A program made the position numbers and the translations under genes. Below are positions 31,454-42,462 of a stretch of DNA of 62,269 bases, in pieces. Position 1 is the first letter of the stretch. Each line of letters starts with the position of its first letter. Location: assembly GCA_012271205.1 (NCBI GenBank), contig JAAXGT010000075.1:1-62269 (forward strand), given 5' to 3'. A model generated the notes under the pieces. It was not told the origin of the DNA. It did no database searches and saw nothing but the letters and a program-made list of their open reading frames with translations. Source of the stretch: Rhodothermales bacterium. GTDB lineage: Bacteria > Bacteroidota > Rhodothermia > Rhodothermales > Bin80.

Positions 31454-34063
31454 ATGCCCAGATTAATTGCAATTCCAGCTTTGGCATTTGGTTTAATTGT
31501 ATTTAGTGGTTATGAGGCACGAGCTCAAGGTACGGCCACATACAGAGTGACGTTTACAGCCACTTGGAGTGCTGACACCCATCCGCAGGACTTTCCGCCG
31601 AATCCACATTTTTCCGGGCTAATCGGTGCTACACACAATTCAGCGGTTGTTTTTTGGGCCCCTGGAGAATTGGCATCCCTAGGTATCAAGAACATGGCGG
31701 AGCTTGGCAACAAAAGTGCTCTCACAAGCGAAGTCCGTCAGGCAATGGACGCCGGAACAGCCGACCAGGTGCTGGATGGAGGGAGCATTGGGAGTTCTCC
31801 CGGTTCCCGGCGCATGACGTTTGAAATCAAGCCCGAGTATCCGCTGGTAACGCTGACCTCCATGATTGCGCCAAGTCCGGACTGGTTTGTAGGGGTGCGC
31901 GGACTGGCGTTGCTGGAAAACCGAAACTGGGTCGACAGCCTCACCATCGATTTGTTTGTTTACGACGCCGGTACGGATAGCGGGCCCACTTTCACGTCTC
32001 CGAATCAACCCACGAATCCCCCGGAGCTAATTGCCCGCATAGAGACCGGGCCGTTCTTGGTAGCCGGCAGCGTGAGGGCTGTGGGAACGTTTACATTCGA
32101 GCTGCAGAGCGTCGATTTGGACAGCGACGGATACTACACGATATCCGGACTGGAAATCCTTGATCCGCAAGGGCAACCCGCGATGATCAAAGGAGTCGGC
32201 TTGGGCGGATGGCTTATGCCAGAAGGTTACATGCTCCACATTAATGCTCCCCACGGCGGCGGGCCGACGGCTATTCGGAACCAGATGATCGATCTGATAG
32301 GGGAAGCTGACACCGAGCGTTTTTTCGAACTCTACACGAAGAATTATGTGCAGGAAAAAGACATAAAGCAGATAGCAGAGTGGGGATTTGACCATATCCG
32401 CCTACCATTCCACTATAAACTGTTTTATGATCCGGATGCCGACCAATTCGAGTCGGATGGCTTTGAGCTACTGGATCAATTCCTGCTCTGGTGCAAGATG
32501 TATGAACTTGGCGTCATTTTGGATATGCATGCTGCTCCCGGTGCTCAAAACGAGGGTGGCATTTCCGACAGTGACGGCACAGCTCGCCTCTGGACGGAGC
32601 CTGACAAGTACTGGCCGCAGACCATACGCATCTGGCGGGAAATTGCGCGCCGCTACAACGATGAGAAAATCATAATCGGGTACGACCTCATCAACGAACC
32701 GGTTATCCCAGCCGGTGTGGAGACGGTCGAATTGCGCAACCTCTACCAAAAGATCATCGAGGCCGTGCGCCCGCTGGATCCGCAACATATCCTGTTTCTT
32801 GAGGGCAACTATTATGCGACCACGTTTGGTGATCTGGAGCCTCCGTTGGATGAAAACATGGTCTACGCGTTTCATAAGTACTGGAATGGCACAGCGGTGA
32901 ATTCCATCCAATACCTTCTGGACTTGCGCAACCGCACTGACAAACCGCTGTGGCTCGGCGAAACTGGTGAGAACTCCAACCCTTGGTTCTATGCTGTGAC
33001 ACGCCTCATGGAAGACCACGGAATCGGAGCAAACTGGTGGACACACAAAAAGATTGAGACGACTACCAGCCCTTTGAGTGCGCCGTTTTCGCCAGGCTAT
33101 CAGGCCGTAGTGGATTACTGGCGTGGTCAAGGGATTAAACCCAGTGAGGAGGATGCGGAACGGGCGCTATTCGGTATGGCGCAGAATCTGGATCTGGATT
33201 CTTGCCGTGTGAACCCGGGGGTCTTGGCGTCCATCTTTGATCCAGACTTTGGATCCCTGCGGCGCCCGTTTAAGGAGCACACGATTCCAGGCCAAATAAA
33301 TGCAGCCGACTATGACATCGGCAATCAGGGAGTGACCTATTCCGACAGTGATGTCATGGCGACTACCGGAGCGCCAGGTGGCGGCAATAACGGTACCAAA
33401 TATCGGAATGATGGCGTTGATATTGAGTCCTCCACAGATTCTGAAGGATTTGAGTACAATGTCGGCTGGACGCAGCGGCTGGAGTGGATAACGTATACGG
33501 TCCAAGTTGCCCAAGACGGGCGGTATGATGCAGAAATTCGTGTGGCCAGCCAGCCAGGCGGCGGGGTATTTCGATTGCTGCTGAACGATGAACAACTGGG
33601 CGATGACGTTACGGTTAGCAGCACGGGAGGCTGGCAGAATTGGCGAACCGCGACGCTACAGAATCTGGAAATAAATGCGGGCACGCATATTTTGAAAATC
33701 CTGATTGTCGAGCCGAACGCGAACATTAATCGCCTGACGTTCAAGCCTTCTTCACCGACAGCGGTCGATGAGCACGACGAACTGTTGGTGGAACCCGCCA
33801 TAGTGTCCACGTATCCGAATCCGTTTACTGATGCGGTCCGCATCAATTTTACTACGCCGCAGCCTTCCAACGTGCATGCAGAGTTTTATGATGTGCTCGG
33901 GCGCCGCGTCTTTGAGACCGCAAAAGCCGGCTACAGGGAGGGCGAACATACGATGACACTCCAGCCTGAACTGGCACCAGGCGTGTACATGTTCCGGCTG
34001 ATAGTGCAGCAGGCCGGCGAAGCGCCGCGGACATTTACTCGCTCACTGGTAATCACGCGATAG
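31454..34063 (+). CDS. Secreted Spondin_N + GH5 glycoside hydrolase + CBM6 + T9SS C-terminal domain protein
   Basis: Signal peptide; spondin motifs YRVTFTATWS..THP, HFSGLIGATH, MIAPSPDWFVG and YDAGTDSG; GH5 motifs LINEP and WLGETG; CBM6 motifs YRNDGVDI and TGGWQNW; CTD YPNPF...YDVLGR...GVY. Confidence 0.88.
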   Translation: MPRLIAIPALAFGLIVFSGYEARAQGTATYRVTFTATWSADTHPQDFPPNPHFSGLIGATHNSAVVFWAPGELASLGIKNMAELGNKSALTSEVRQAMDAGTADQVLDGGSIGSSPGSRRMTFEIKPEYPLVTLTSMIAPSPDWFVGVRGLALLENRNWVDSLTIDLFVYDAGTDSGPTFTSPNQPTNPPELIARIETGPFLVAGSVRAVGTFTFELQSVDLDSDGYYTISGLEILDPQGQPAMIKGVGLGGWLMPEGYMLHINAPHGGGPTAIRNQMIDLIGEADTERFFELYTKNYVQEKDIKQIAEWGFDHIRLPFHYKLFYDPDADQFESDGFELLDQFLLWCKMYELGVILDMHAAPGAQNEGGISDSDGTARLWTEPDKYWPQTIRIWREIARRYNDEKIIIGYDLINEPVIPAGVETVELRNLYQKIIEAVRPLDPQHILFLEGNYYATTFGDLEPPLDENMVYAFHKYWNGTAVNSIQYLLDLRNRTDKPLWLGETGENSNPWFYAVTRLMEDHGIGANWWTHKKIETTTSPLSAPFSPGYQAVVDYWRGQGIKPSEEDAERALFGMAQNLDLDSCRVNPGVLASIFDPDFGSLRRPFKEHTIPGQINAADYDIGNQGVTYSDSDVMATTGAPGGGNNGTKYRNDGVDIESSTDSEGFEYNVGWTQRLEWITYTVQVAQDGRYDAEIRVASQPGGGVFRLLLNDEQLGDDVTVSSTGGWQNWRTATLQNLEINAGTHILKILIVEPNANINRLTFKPSSPTAVDEHDELLVEPAIVSTYPNPFTDAVRINFTTPQPSNVHAEFYDVLGRRVFETAKAGYREGEHTMTLQPELAPGVYMFRLIVQQAGEAPRTFTRSLVITR

Positions 34064-34280
34064 AACCCGTCACAAGGGCATGCCGAGTAAATGCTCAATA
34101 ACACGGTCCCGATACTAACGGGTGTGCTGTAGCAGCGGCACGGTGTACGGCGGCCTGCACTGAACGTACCCCTCACCGCCAAGGCATACTTTGTCGGCAA
34201 GCAGCGTCTTCGCGCCCGGACTTGTAGTCCCACTTCCGACCGGTTGTCTCCAATTACGACCAAGCTTGGCCGCAGCGCGT

Positions 34281-36473
34281 TCAATACTGAAATGTATGCG
34301 TGTACTTGATAAGCACGGTCTGCACGTCTACGGTCGGCAAGTGCGGCAGAACGCGATCCCGGTCAGTATTCATGTTTAAGTTATACACCAGCCAGAGGTC
34401 GTTACCTTCCCTGAAATTGTAACGCACGCGCACATTGCCGCTAACCACATGCTGGATGCTGTTGAGTTGGACAAACGCATTTGCACTGAACTTTGCATTC
34501 AAGGCGCTACCAATTCGGAGGCGTCCCAAATGTGCCAGAAAGGTATCGTTGCGCGAAGGAAAGCGGATGCGGGTCAGCCGATAGGAGGCTGACAACTCCA
34601 GATGCTTGGACACATACCAGACGGGCGATGCCCCCACAGCCATCTGCCAGCCGTCGTAAAACGTGCCGGTTTCAACACGGGGACGCACTTGGAAGAGGCG
34701 TGTGTGGGAAACATGATAGTCTGCCCCAAACCGGAAAAAATTGTATTGGCCACGGGGAATCTGTATCCGGTCTGAAAGTGCAAAGGGGGTCTCCAAGAGC
34801 TCCGACTGTAGCTTGAGTTCAGCGCTACCGCCCGCGCCGCTCTTGGCAGAAAAATCCCACTCCGGACCTATTTCGGCCGTTTCAATCTCAAAAGACGGGT
34901 TAAAGAATGCAAACCCGCGCAAGCCAGCCCGGTGCCAAATCAGAGGGGAAGCAGGGCCTTTGACCCAAGTGTACGATGTCGTGTGATCCACAAGGACATA
35001 GTCCCTTCGCTGTGTAAATCCTATGCCAGGGTCGTACATGGGGCCGGCCCATTCCACGATCGAATTGTAGCCCCAGTTGCGCCGCCGTCGCCGCTCAGCC
35101 GCAATGGCAATGCGGATGTTGTCAATCAGGCGGCCATCTGGCGCACGATGATCAATGGATTGGGCCCATTGGTAGATCAGAAAATCTTCGCCCTTCAAGT
35201 GAACTATACCATCTAGGCCGAAGGCTAGGTTGTACATGCCGTGTGGCCCTAGTCTGCTCGTAAACATGCCTCCCAGGCGGCTGAGGCCATCGCGCATTTG
35301 GCGCCGCATACGCAGCACACTAAAGTTTTCTGACGGGTGTGCGTCGCTTTCAGCAGTCTGCAAGCCCATCAGCCCCATATCCCACGTCCCGATGCGCCCA
35401 ACCACGCGCCCGCCACCCCAGATCTTTACGGGCTGACCAGCCTCATCGAGACCGATACGTCGACTGTGAAAAAGTCGGCTTTGAGTTCCAACGCGAAAGT
35501 CAAACAGTCCGGCTCGCTCCTGAAAGAACTGCCGCTTTTCGGGATAGAAAAGCGAAAATCGCGTCAGATTTACTTGCTGATCATCCGCTTCTACTTGGGC
35601 GAAGTCAGTATTGAAGGTCAAGTCAGCAGTCACATTGTTGGTTAATCCGTATTTGAGATCCAGCCCACCCCGCTGTGAATATGTGTGTGGTTCCTGCGGG
35701 GTACCCGGCTGCTCTTCGGCCCCTCCCAAGCCGTAAGCGGTGATATACAGCGGCCTTTCAGACTTGATGTCCTCCAGCACAATCTTCTGCGCCATGGATG
35801 GTTTGAGAAAAGCCCAGTTGGCGATCGAAGGTACGGGAGGAAACACAACGCGTTCGGTCTTGCGCGCAATCTTGCGCTGCAATGTGATGCCCATTTCCAC
35901 GGCGCCCTCTGTGTCTTGGAAGCGCAAACTGCTGATCGGAACACGGATCTCGGCGAACCATCCTTCGTGGTTGACGGTTGTGGCTACATCCCAGTACGTG
36001 TTGAAATCTCCGTTTATCCAGTTGCCGGTAGCAAGCCCGCCTCCACTTGCATCATTGGAAATGGCGGCATCCTTACGTATACCGGCCGGTGTCGTTGTAA
36101 AGAGTAAGGCGGTTTCGCTGTCGTTAAACGTATCAAGAAGGATTTCAAAATGGTCATCCCCGCTCAGTCGGTCGCGGTACAACGTATTGGCGCGAAGCCC
36201 ATCGGGATCGCTGTCAAAGGCGCGGAGAGCGAGGTACACATAACGGTCATCGTAGGCTACCAGGAACTCAGTTCGCTCGGTCGCCGGCGCCCCATTGTCG
36301 GGTTCGTATTGGACGGGGATCCAAGGCGTAACCGGATCCCATGCGGCCTCGGTGCTGAGGCCGTCCAAAGTGACGGGATCAGCCACGCGCGGAATGGTCA
36401 GTGGCAGACGGGTTTGGGCCAGAGCACCGGCGATCGATCCGGAAAGGACTATAAGAAAGAGAATGCGGCGCAT
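34281..36473 (-). CDS. CBM9/DOMON-like + DUF5916 outer-membrane-associated protein
   Basis: LDG..EAAW, DTFND, GWFAEIRVP.SSLRF and NTDFAQVEAD...NLTRFSLFYPEKRQFF.E; terminal aromatic residue; start placed at ATG 36473. Confidence 0.85.
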   Translation of the reverse strand: MRRILFLIVLSGSIAGALAQTRLPLTIPRVADPVTLDGLSTEAAWDPVTPWIPVQYEPDNGAPATERTEFLVAYDDRYVYLALRAFDSDPDGLRANTLYRDRLSGDDHFEILLDTFNDSETALLFTTTPAGIRKDAAISNDASGGGLATGNWINGDFNTYWDVATTVNHEGWFAEIRVPISSLRFQDTEGAVEMGITLQRKIARKTERVVFPPVPSIANWAFLKPSMAQKIVLEDIKSERPLYITAYGLGGAEEQPGTPQEPHTYSQRGGLDLKYGLTNNVTADLTFNTDFAQVEADDQQVNLTRFSLFYPEKRQFFQERAGLFDFRVGTQSRLFHSRRIGLDEAGQPVKIWGGGRVVGRIGTWDMGLMGLQTAESDAHPSENFSVLRMRRQMRDGLSRLGGMFTSRLGPHGMYNLAFGLDGIVHLKGEDFLIYQWAQSIDHRAPDGRLIDNIRIAIAAERRRRRNWGYNSIVEWAGPMYDPGIGFTQRRDYVLVDHTTSYTWVKGPASPLIWHRAGLRGFAFFNPSFEIETAEIGPEWDFSAKSGAGGSAELKLQSELLETPFALSDRIQIPRGQYNFFRFGADYHVSHTRLFQVRPRVETGTFYDGWQMAVGASPVWYVSKHLELSASYRLTRIRFPSRNDTFLAHLGRLRIGSALNAKFSANAFVQLNSIQHVVSGNVRVRYNFREGNDLWLVYNLNMNTDRDRVLPHLPTVDVQTVLIKYTHTFQY

Positions 36474-36565
36474 GTGTTGTAAGCGAAGCCGAGCCAAATT
36501 AGCCAAAACCGAGAGCCCGAATGCCCCGTCTACGAACGCTCGCTCTCCCGCAGCGTACTTATCAG

Positions 36566-38155
36566 ATGAGACAAGTAAACCTGGCGGAAAGTGTGCGTAA
36601 ACTGCCGCAGCATGATGCATGCTTGTGTGTGGTTGGCGAAGAAGCAATGCGCCTTGGCATCGAAGCGTATGCCGTAGGCGGCTTTGTCCGGGACCTCCTG
36701 CTTCAGCGCCCGACATCGGACATAGACTTTGTTACAGTCGGGCCTGGCACGGGTATTCGCTTGGCCCGGGCCACAGGGAAACGTTTGGGCGGACGCTTGG
36801 CGCATGTGTATGAGAATTTCGGTACGGCGGCCGTGCGACTGGATGGCTGGAAACTGGAGTTTGTAGCTGCACGGCGTGAGAGCTACCGCAAACAGTCGCG
36901 GAAGCCGATCGTGGAGGACGGCACTCTTCAGGATGACCTTCTGCGACGAGACTTTACAATCAACACGTTGGCCATGCACATGGCGCGTGAAGCTTTTGGT
37001 GACCTGATTGATCCGTTTGGCGGCAGGGCACATCTCGAGGCACGATTGATCTGTACCCCGCGTGCTCCGGTGCAAACCTTTGCGGATGATCCGCTGCGTA
37101 TGCTGCGAGCGGCTCGCTTTTCGGCCCAGTTGAACTTTGTGCTTGGACCCAATGTGCGCCGGGCCATGCATCGGCAGGCGCATCGGGTAAGCATTGTCAG
37201 CCAGGAACGCCTGACGGAGGAGTTGGAGAAGATCATGGCCTGCTCGAAGCCTTCGATCGGGCTCCGCATTCTGGAGGAGGGTGGTGTAATGGCGCACATC
37301 TTTCCTGAGTTAAGTGCATTGCGTGGGGTGGAAACAATTGGACGTCAGCGACACAAGGACAACTTCTACCACACGCTTCAAGTAGTGGACAATGTGGTGC
37401 GTGCTGCTCCTGACAAGTACTGGCTGCGATGGGCCGCACTATTGCATGACATTGCCAAACCGTTAACCAAGCGTTTCGCCCAGGGAACCGGCTGGACGTT
37501 TCATGGCCACGAGGATCGCGGAGCCCGCATAATACCAAGACTCTTCCGGGCATTACGTTTGCCTGTGGATGAGCGAATGGTGTACGTACAGCGTCTGGTG
37601 GCCCTGCACCATCGCCCGGTTGCGCTGGTGGACGACGAAGTAACTGACTCAGCTGTGCGTCGCCTGCTCTACGATGCCGGTGATGATATAGATGATCTGA
37701 TGACGCTTGTGCGGGCGGACATCACGTCCAAGAATCCCCAGCGGGTACGACGCTATCTAAAGGCGTTTGATCATGTAGAGCGAAAGTTTGCCGAAGTCGA
37801 AGCAAAGGATCATTTGCGCAATTTCCAGCCCCCGGTTGGCGGTCAGGAAATCATGGATGTGGTTGGGATCCAGGAAGGGATCGCGGTAGGTATCATCAAG
37901 GAAACGATCCGTGAGGCAATTCTGGAGGGCGAGATTCCAAATGAGCACGCTGCGGCCTTTGCGCTCATGATGCGAATAAAGGATGATGCGCTACGCCGCA
38001 GCCGCCTCTTTGAGGAGATAATACTGCAGCTCAAGGGGACGGAGCGCCGGGCAGCCCAAGCGCTTAAGCAAGAGATCGTTGCGGGCAGGCTTCCGGAGGA
38101 CCATGAGGCAGCAATGGCCCACCTGAGGGCTATGAAGGAACAGTTGCTGCGCTGA
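36566..38155 (+). CDS. cca: CCA-adding-type tRNA nucleotidyltransferase with HD domain
   Basis: VGGFVRD..L...DIDF, DLLRRDFTIN, DDPLRMLRAARF and ALLHDIAK. Confidence 0.9.
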   Translation: MRQVNLAESVRKLPQHDACLCVVGEEAMRLGIEAYAVGGFVRDLLLQRPTSDIDFVTVGPGTGIRLARATGKRLGGRLAHVYENFGTAAVRLDGWKLEFVAARRESYRKQSRKPIVEDGTLQDDLLRRDFTINTLAMHMAREAFGDLIDPFGGRAHLEARLICTPRAPVQTFADDPLRMLRAARFSAQLNFVLGPNVRRAMHRQAHRVSIVSQERLTEELEKIMACSKPSIGLRILEEGGVMAHIFPELSALRGVETIGRQRHKDNFYHTLQVVDNVVRAAPDKYWLRWAALLHDIAKPLTKRFAQGTGWTFHGHEDRGARIIPRLFRALRLPVDERMVYVQRLVALHHRPVALVDDEVTDSAVRRLLYDAGDDIDDLMTLVRADITSKNPQRVRRYLKAFDHVERKFAEVEAKDHLRNFQPPVGGQEIMDVVGIQEGIAVGIIKETIREAILEGEIPNEHAAAFALMMRIKDDALRRSRLFEEIILQLKGTERRAAQALKQEIVAGRLPEDHEAAMAHLRAMKEQLLR

Positions 38156-38542
38156 CTAAGTGGGCCGGACGTCCCAGAGCAGCATCTGCTCAATATCGGC
38201 GTAATCCTCCTCGCCGTCCTCGTCTGTAAATTTGTAGTCTCCCGTAGTGGCTTTCACCACTACGCTCATACGCTCCCAAGCCACACCCTCTTGGTCAGTA
38301 AATCTGTCTGGAAACGGGCTCGGCACCACGTAGGATGGATGGTACGACTTGTAGGTCTTGTGGGCCTGGTACAGTGCTGCACGCCGCGCGCCTGGACGAG
38401 TTGTGCTCACGCCGGTTACTTGAAACGGAGTTATGTCAATCAGGGCCTGGATCATCCCGTCATCTATCTCCTCATACTCCGGCCGCATAACCTCGAAATC
38501 ATTCGGCTTCGGATAAGCACTGCGTTCGCCGGGATCAAACAT
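38156..38542 (-). CDS. Hypothetical protein (128 aa)
   Basis: Clean ATG-start ORF abutting the cca stop, with protein-like composition. Confidence 0.7.
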   Translation of the reverse strand: MFDPGERSAYPKPNDFEVMRPEYEEIDDGMIQALIDITPFQVTGVSTTRPGARRAALYQAHKTYKSYHPSYVVPSPFPDRFTDQEGVAWERMSVVVKATTGDYKFTDEDGEEDYADIEQMLLWDVRPT

Positions 38543-38931
38543 GTGTGAACTGTCGGTAAATGGTCGATCCGGTTCAACGATCTGGCATAGAACTGGATTC
38601 CGGACTTACTTTCGTACATGCGGTATTCCCTGCGCAACATGGATCAGGAAATTTTCGTTGATAACTTGCCCATTGTTGAAAGATTGTGGAATAACGGATA
38701 TACATGTTGCCCGGTTATCCCAAAATGCCCCAAAATTGACCGTGAGATGCAATTTGGGCTTGTTTGAATCGTAACCATCGATTTGTGTCCATTGCGGAAT
38801 ATTATCATAAAATAATGGTCATACCTCTTTACAAAGTGCTTTGAGTGCTGTACCATGTATGCTGGTTGTCAGCCCATTTTCGATTTTGCGGGACTTGGAC
38901 TGACCACCATCATTTTCTTGACGCTGTCGAC

Positions 38932-41922
38932 ATGACCGAATCTCAGATACTCAACAACACTGCAGAAGACACAGGTGCGAATTCCTCCCCCCCGGTAAAG
39001 GGCCTCACCATTGACCGGGTCTTTTCGATCGAGGGTGTGAATCCCTTTGATTCCATGGTATGGGAGCTTCGAGATGCCGTGATCAAGAACCCGGCCGGGG
39101 AGGCGATCTTCGAACAGAAGAACGTCGAGTTCCCGACGGACTGGAGTGCGTTATCGACCAATGTTGTGGCTTCCAAGTACTTCTATGGGGACCGGGCCTT
39201 GGGCCATCTGGATCCGGACGAGGGTGGAAGGGAGCATTCGCTTCGCCAGCTCATTCACCGCGTAACACGCACAATCACGGATTGGGGCCGAAGCCAGCAC
39301 TATTTCGCCTCCAAGGCGGATGCCGACCGCTTCTATGACGAACTCACCTGGCTGTGTGTCAACCAGTACGGGGCCTTCAATTCGCCTGTCTGGTTCAACG
39401 TGGGTTTGAACCACTGCTATGGCATTGAGGATACCGGTAACAAAACCATACACGGTTGGGATGCGGAAAAAAGAGCTGTCGTTGATGTGGATCCTTACGA
39501 GCGGCCGCAAGCCTCCGCCTGCTTCATTATTTCGATCGAGGATTCGATTGATAATATTTGGCAGCTCATGAGCGAGAGCGCCCGCCTGTTCAAGTTTGGA
39601 TCAGGCGTCGGTGCAGACTGGTCCAAGCTGCGTTCCACCAAGGAGGCACTGTCGGGGGGAGGGCAGCCGAGCGGGCCAGTAAGCTTCATGCATGTGCAGG
39701 ACGCTACAGGCGGTACCATTAAGAGTGGAGGCAAGACGCGCCGTGCGGCCATTATGCAGACCCTCAAGATCTGGCATCCGGATGTGCTGAAGTTTATTGA
39801 TGCGAAGCAGCAGGAGGAGCGCAAGGCTTGGGCGCTTATCGAGCAGGGATATGACGGCTCGTTCAACGGGCCCGCTTACGGTTCGGTATCATTTCAGAAT
39901 GTGAACCAGTCTGTACGCGTTACGGATGAGTTCATGCAGGCTGTTGAAGGACGCAAGCTGTATGAACTGCGCAAGGTAACAACAGGAGAGCCCGCTGAGC
40001 GTGTAGAAGCGACCAAGCTCTTGCAGCGTGTTGCCGATGGTACCCACGTGTGCGGCGACCCCGGATTGCAGTACGAGGACACTATTCAGCGCTGGCACAC
40101 TTGCAGCCATTCCGGGCCGATCAACTCGAGCAATCCTTGCTCCGAGTACATGTTTTTGGACAATTCTGCGTGCAACCTGGCCAGCCTCAACTTGCGCAAG
40201 TTTCAGCAGGAAGACGGCCGGTTTAATGTGGAACACTTCCGCGCCGCAACGCGGATCTTCATCACGGCGATGGAGATTCTCGTAGACAATGCGGGCTATC
40301 CCAGTGAACGCATTGCCGAGAACAGCCACCTCTACCGCCCGCTGGGGCTGGGGTTTGCCAATCTGGGAGCCCTGATCATGGCCATGGGCTTTCCTTATGA
40401 CAGTGACGAGGGTCGCGCCGTTGCAGGTGCCATTATGGCCATTGAGCATGCGGAGGCCTATGCGCGCAGTGCGGAAATAGCGGCGAATCCACGTATTGGG
40501 CCCTTTGAAGGATATGCCAAGAACAGCGCCAGCATGTTGAACGTGATGCGCATGCACCAGGCGGCCACAGACGGGATCCACGAGAGCTGCCCGGACTACC
40601 TGCTGCAGGCGGCCCAAGAGTCCATGGCGAAAATGGTGGATTTGGGAGAGCGGTACGGCTATCGCAATGCGCAGGCTACAGTGCTGGCTCCAACCGGGAC
40701 TATCGCGTTTATGATGGACTGCGATACGACCGGCATTGAGCCGGATATTGCACTGGTGAAGTACAAGCTCTTGGCCGGCAAGGGAGAGGGGATGCTCAAG
40801 ATCATCAATCGCACGGTACCGGAAGCCTTAAGCCGGCTGGGGTATGACGAGAAGGCCACACAAGCCATTTTAGCTTATGTGGACAAGCACGATATGATAG
40901 AGGGGGCGCCGGGCCTTGAGGAGGAGCACTTGCCCGTATTCGATTGCGCATTCAAGCCATTCAAGGGTTCGCGCAGTGTGCACTTTATGGGGCACATCCG
41001 CATGATGGCAGCCTGTCAGCCGTTCGTGTCGGGAGCTATTTCCAAAACAGTAAATATGCCGGAGGATGTGACCTCGGATGAGATCGCGGAGGCTTACATG
41101 GAGGGGTGGCGGCTGGGGCTGAAGGCTCTCGCCATTTACCGGGAAAATTCCAAGCGCAGCCAGCCGTTATCCACGTCAAAGGGCGGCAATACGAAAAACA
41201 GGACCACGCTTGAGACCTCGGGAGACGGGATGCCTGACGAGCATGAGGGCGTCGAAAAGATTGTTGAGCGTATTGTGTACAAGCCTACGCGAAAGCGGCT
41301 TCCGGACGAACGCCCGGCCTTGACCCACAAATTCAGTCTGGCGGGCCACGAGGGCTACTTGCATGTGGGGCTATACCCCGATTCCAAAATGCCGGGTGAG
41401 ATCTTTATCAGAATGGCCAAGGAGGGCTCTACGATATCCGGGCTCATGGATGCGTTTGCCACCAGCATTTCGATTGCGTTGCAGTATGGTGTGCCGCTGG
41501 CAGATTTATGTGCGAAGTTCAGTCACATGCGCTTTGAGCCGAGCGGATTTACCAACAATCGCACCATTCCGTTGGCTACGTCCATCATGGACTACATCTT
41601 TCGTTACCTGTCACTGAAGTTTCTGGACGAGCCCCCCCTCCCGAAGCAGAATGAAGATGACGATAACTTTCCGAGTGTCGTGGCCAAGAGTGGACCTGCG
41701 GTAGATCAGGAGCAAATGTCGATCCCGTTTGGGGAGCACACGATCAGTACCAAGTCCGCCTTTACACCGAAGATGCACGCTACCGCGGTAGCCGTCAGTG
41801 GTGATGGAACGTTCCGGAATCAGGAGGACGCGCCACTGTGCTCCACCTGTGGTGCCATCACAGTCAGAAGTGGTGCGTGTTACACGTGCACCCAGTGTGG
41901 CAGCTCCAGTGGCTGCGGCTGA
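38932..41922 (+). CDS. nrdJ: Adenosylcobalamin-dependent (class II) ribonucleotide reductase
   Basis: QASACFI, SNPCSEY, ACNLASLNL, APTGTIA, TSCPD-like domain and C-terminal CxxC...CxxC; no intein evident; start placed at ATG 38932. Confidence 0.95.
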   Translation: MTESQILNNTAEDTGANSSPPVKGLTIDRVFSIEGVNPFDSMVWELRDAVIKNPAGEAIFEQKNVEFPTDWSALSTNVVASKYFYGDRALGHLDPDEGGREHSLRQLIHRVTRTITDWGRSQHYFASKADADRFYDELTWLCVNQYGAFNSPVWFNVGLNHCYGIEDTGNKTIHGWDAEKRAVVDVDPYERPQASACFIISIEDSIDNIWQLMSESARLFKFGSGVGADWSKLRSTKEALSGGGQPSGPVSFMHVQDATGGTIKSGGKTRRAAIMQTLKIWHPDVLKFIDAKQQEERKAWALIEQGYDGSFNGPAYGSVSFQNVNQSVRVTDEFMQAVEGRKLYELRKVTTGEPAERVEATKLLQRVADGTHVCGDPGLQYEDTIQRWHTCSHSGPINSSNPCSEYMFLDNSACNLASLNLRKFQQEDGRFNVEHFRAATRIFITAMEILVDNAGYPSERIAENSHLYRPLGLGFANLGALIMAMGFPYDSDEGRAVAGAIMAIEHAEAYARSAEIAANPRIGPFEGYAKNSASMLNVMRMHQAATDGIHESCPDYLLQAAQESMAKMVDLGERYGYRNAQATVLAPTGTIAFMMDCDTTGIEPDIALVKYKLLAGKGEGMLKIINRTVPEALSRLGYDEKATQAILAYVDKHDMIEGAPGLEEEHLPVFDCAFKPFKGSRSVHFMGHIRMMAACQPFVSGAISKTVNMPEDVTSDEIAEAYMEGWRLGLKALAIYRENSKRSQPLSTSKGGNTKNRTTLETSGDGMPDEHEGVEKIVERIVYKPTRKRLPDERPALTHKFSLAGHEGYLHVGLYPDSKMPGEIFIRMAKEGSTISGLMDAFATSISIALQYGVPLADLCAKFSHMRFEPSGFTNNRTIPLATSIMDYIFRYLSLKFLDEPPLPKQNEDDDNFPSVVAKSGPAVDQEQMSIPFGEHTISTKSAFTPKMHATAVAVSGDGTFRNQEDAPLCSTCGAITVRSGACYTCTQCGSSSGCG

Positions 41923-42462
41923 TCAACATAAGCAGGGTTGCATACGGCTGGCCAATCAATCATTGGCTCGAACTTCGGCAAATGACCACAAGGAAGCTGG
42001 GACACGGGCCTTCAGATGAGGGGCGGACTGCGAAGCTGGAAAAGAGGACGGCATGTCTTTCTCCGGGTCCTGCCGCCACGCTTGGCCAATCGGCAACCCA
42101 TGCGTTGCGGATGGCAAATTGTAACGGTGATACGCATCAGGGACACTGAATTTTTCCCACGGGATTTGATACAAATCAAGAAGGCCCGGCTGAAGTCGTA
42201 CCCATCTAAGACAAGCCCGATTTGACTCAGTCGGCCGCAAGAATCCCCAAGTGCTGCTGGCCATGATAACTGTAACTAGGCCGGCCCGTTTGGGTCCTTG
42301 GAATTGCCCACCACTCCGGCGCAAGATAGGTGGCTTTCGGCCGAGGCCATCACTCAGCCAACTGCAATCCGGCAAACATGCCGCATGCCTGCGGCTGTGG
42401 GTCAGGGGTCCTGCTCAACCCTGAACGCTTTGTGTCCTTCGCACACCGTCGATCCGTGCGAC

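Noticed and set aside
38697..38712. Possible NrdR box (GATATACATGTTGCCC) upstream of nrdJ
   Set aside because: Partial match only, and no second box at the usual spacing.
38932..41922. Intein or intron in nrdJ
   Set aside because: Catalytic motifs are normally spaced and no splicing motifs are present; the extra length comes from the C-terminal TSCPD/zinc-ribbon region.
41923..42462. Possible cobalamin riboswitch near nrdJ
   Set aside because: The region lies downstream of two convergent genes and lacks recognisable B12-box elements.
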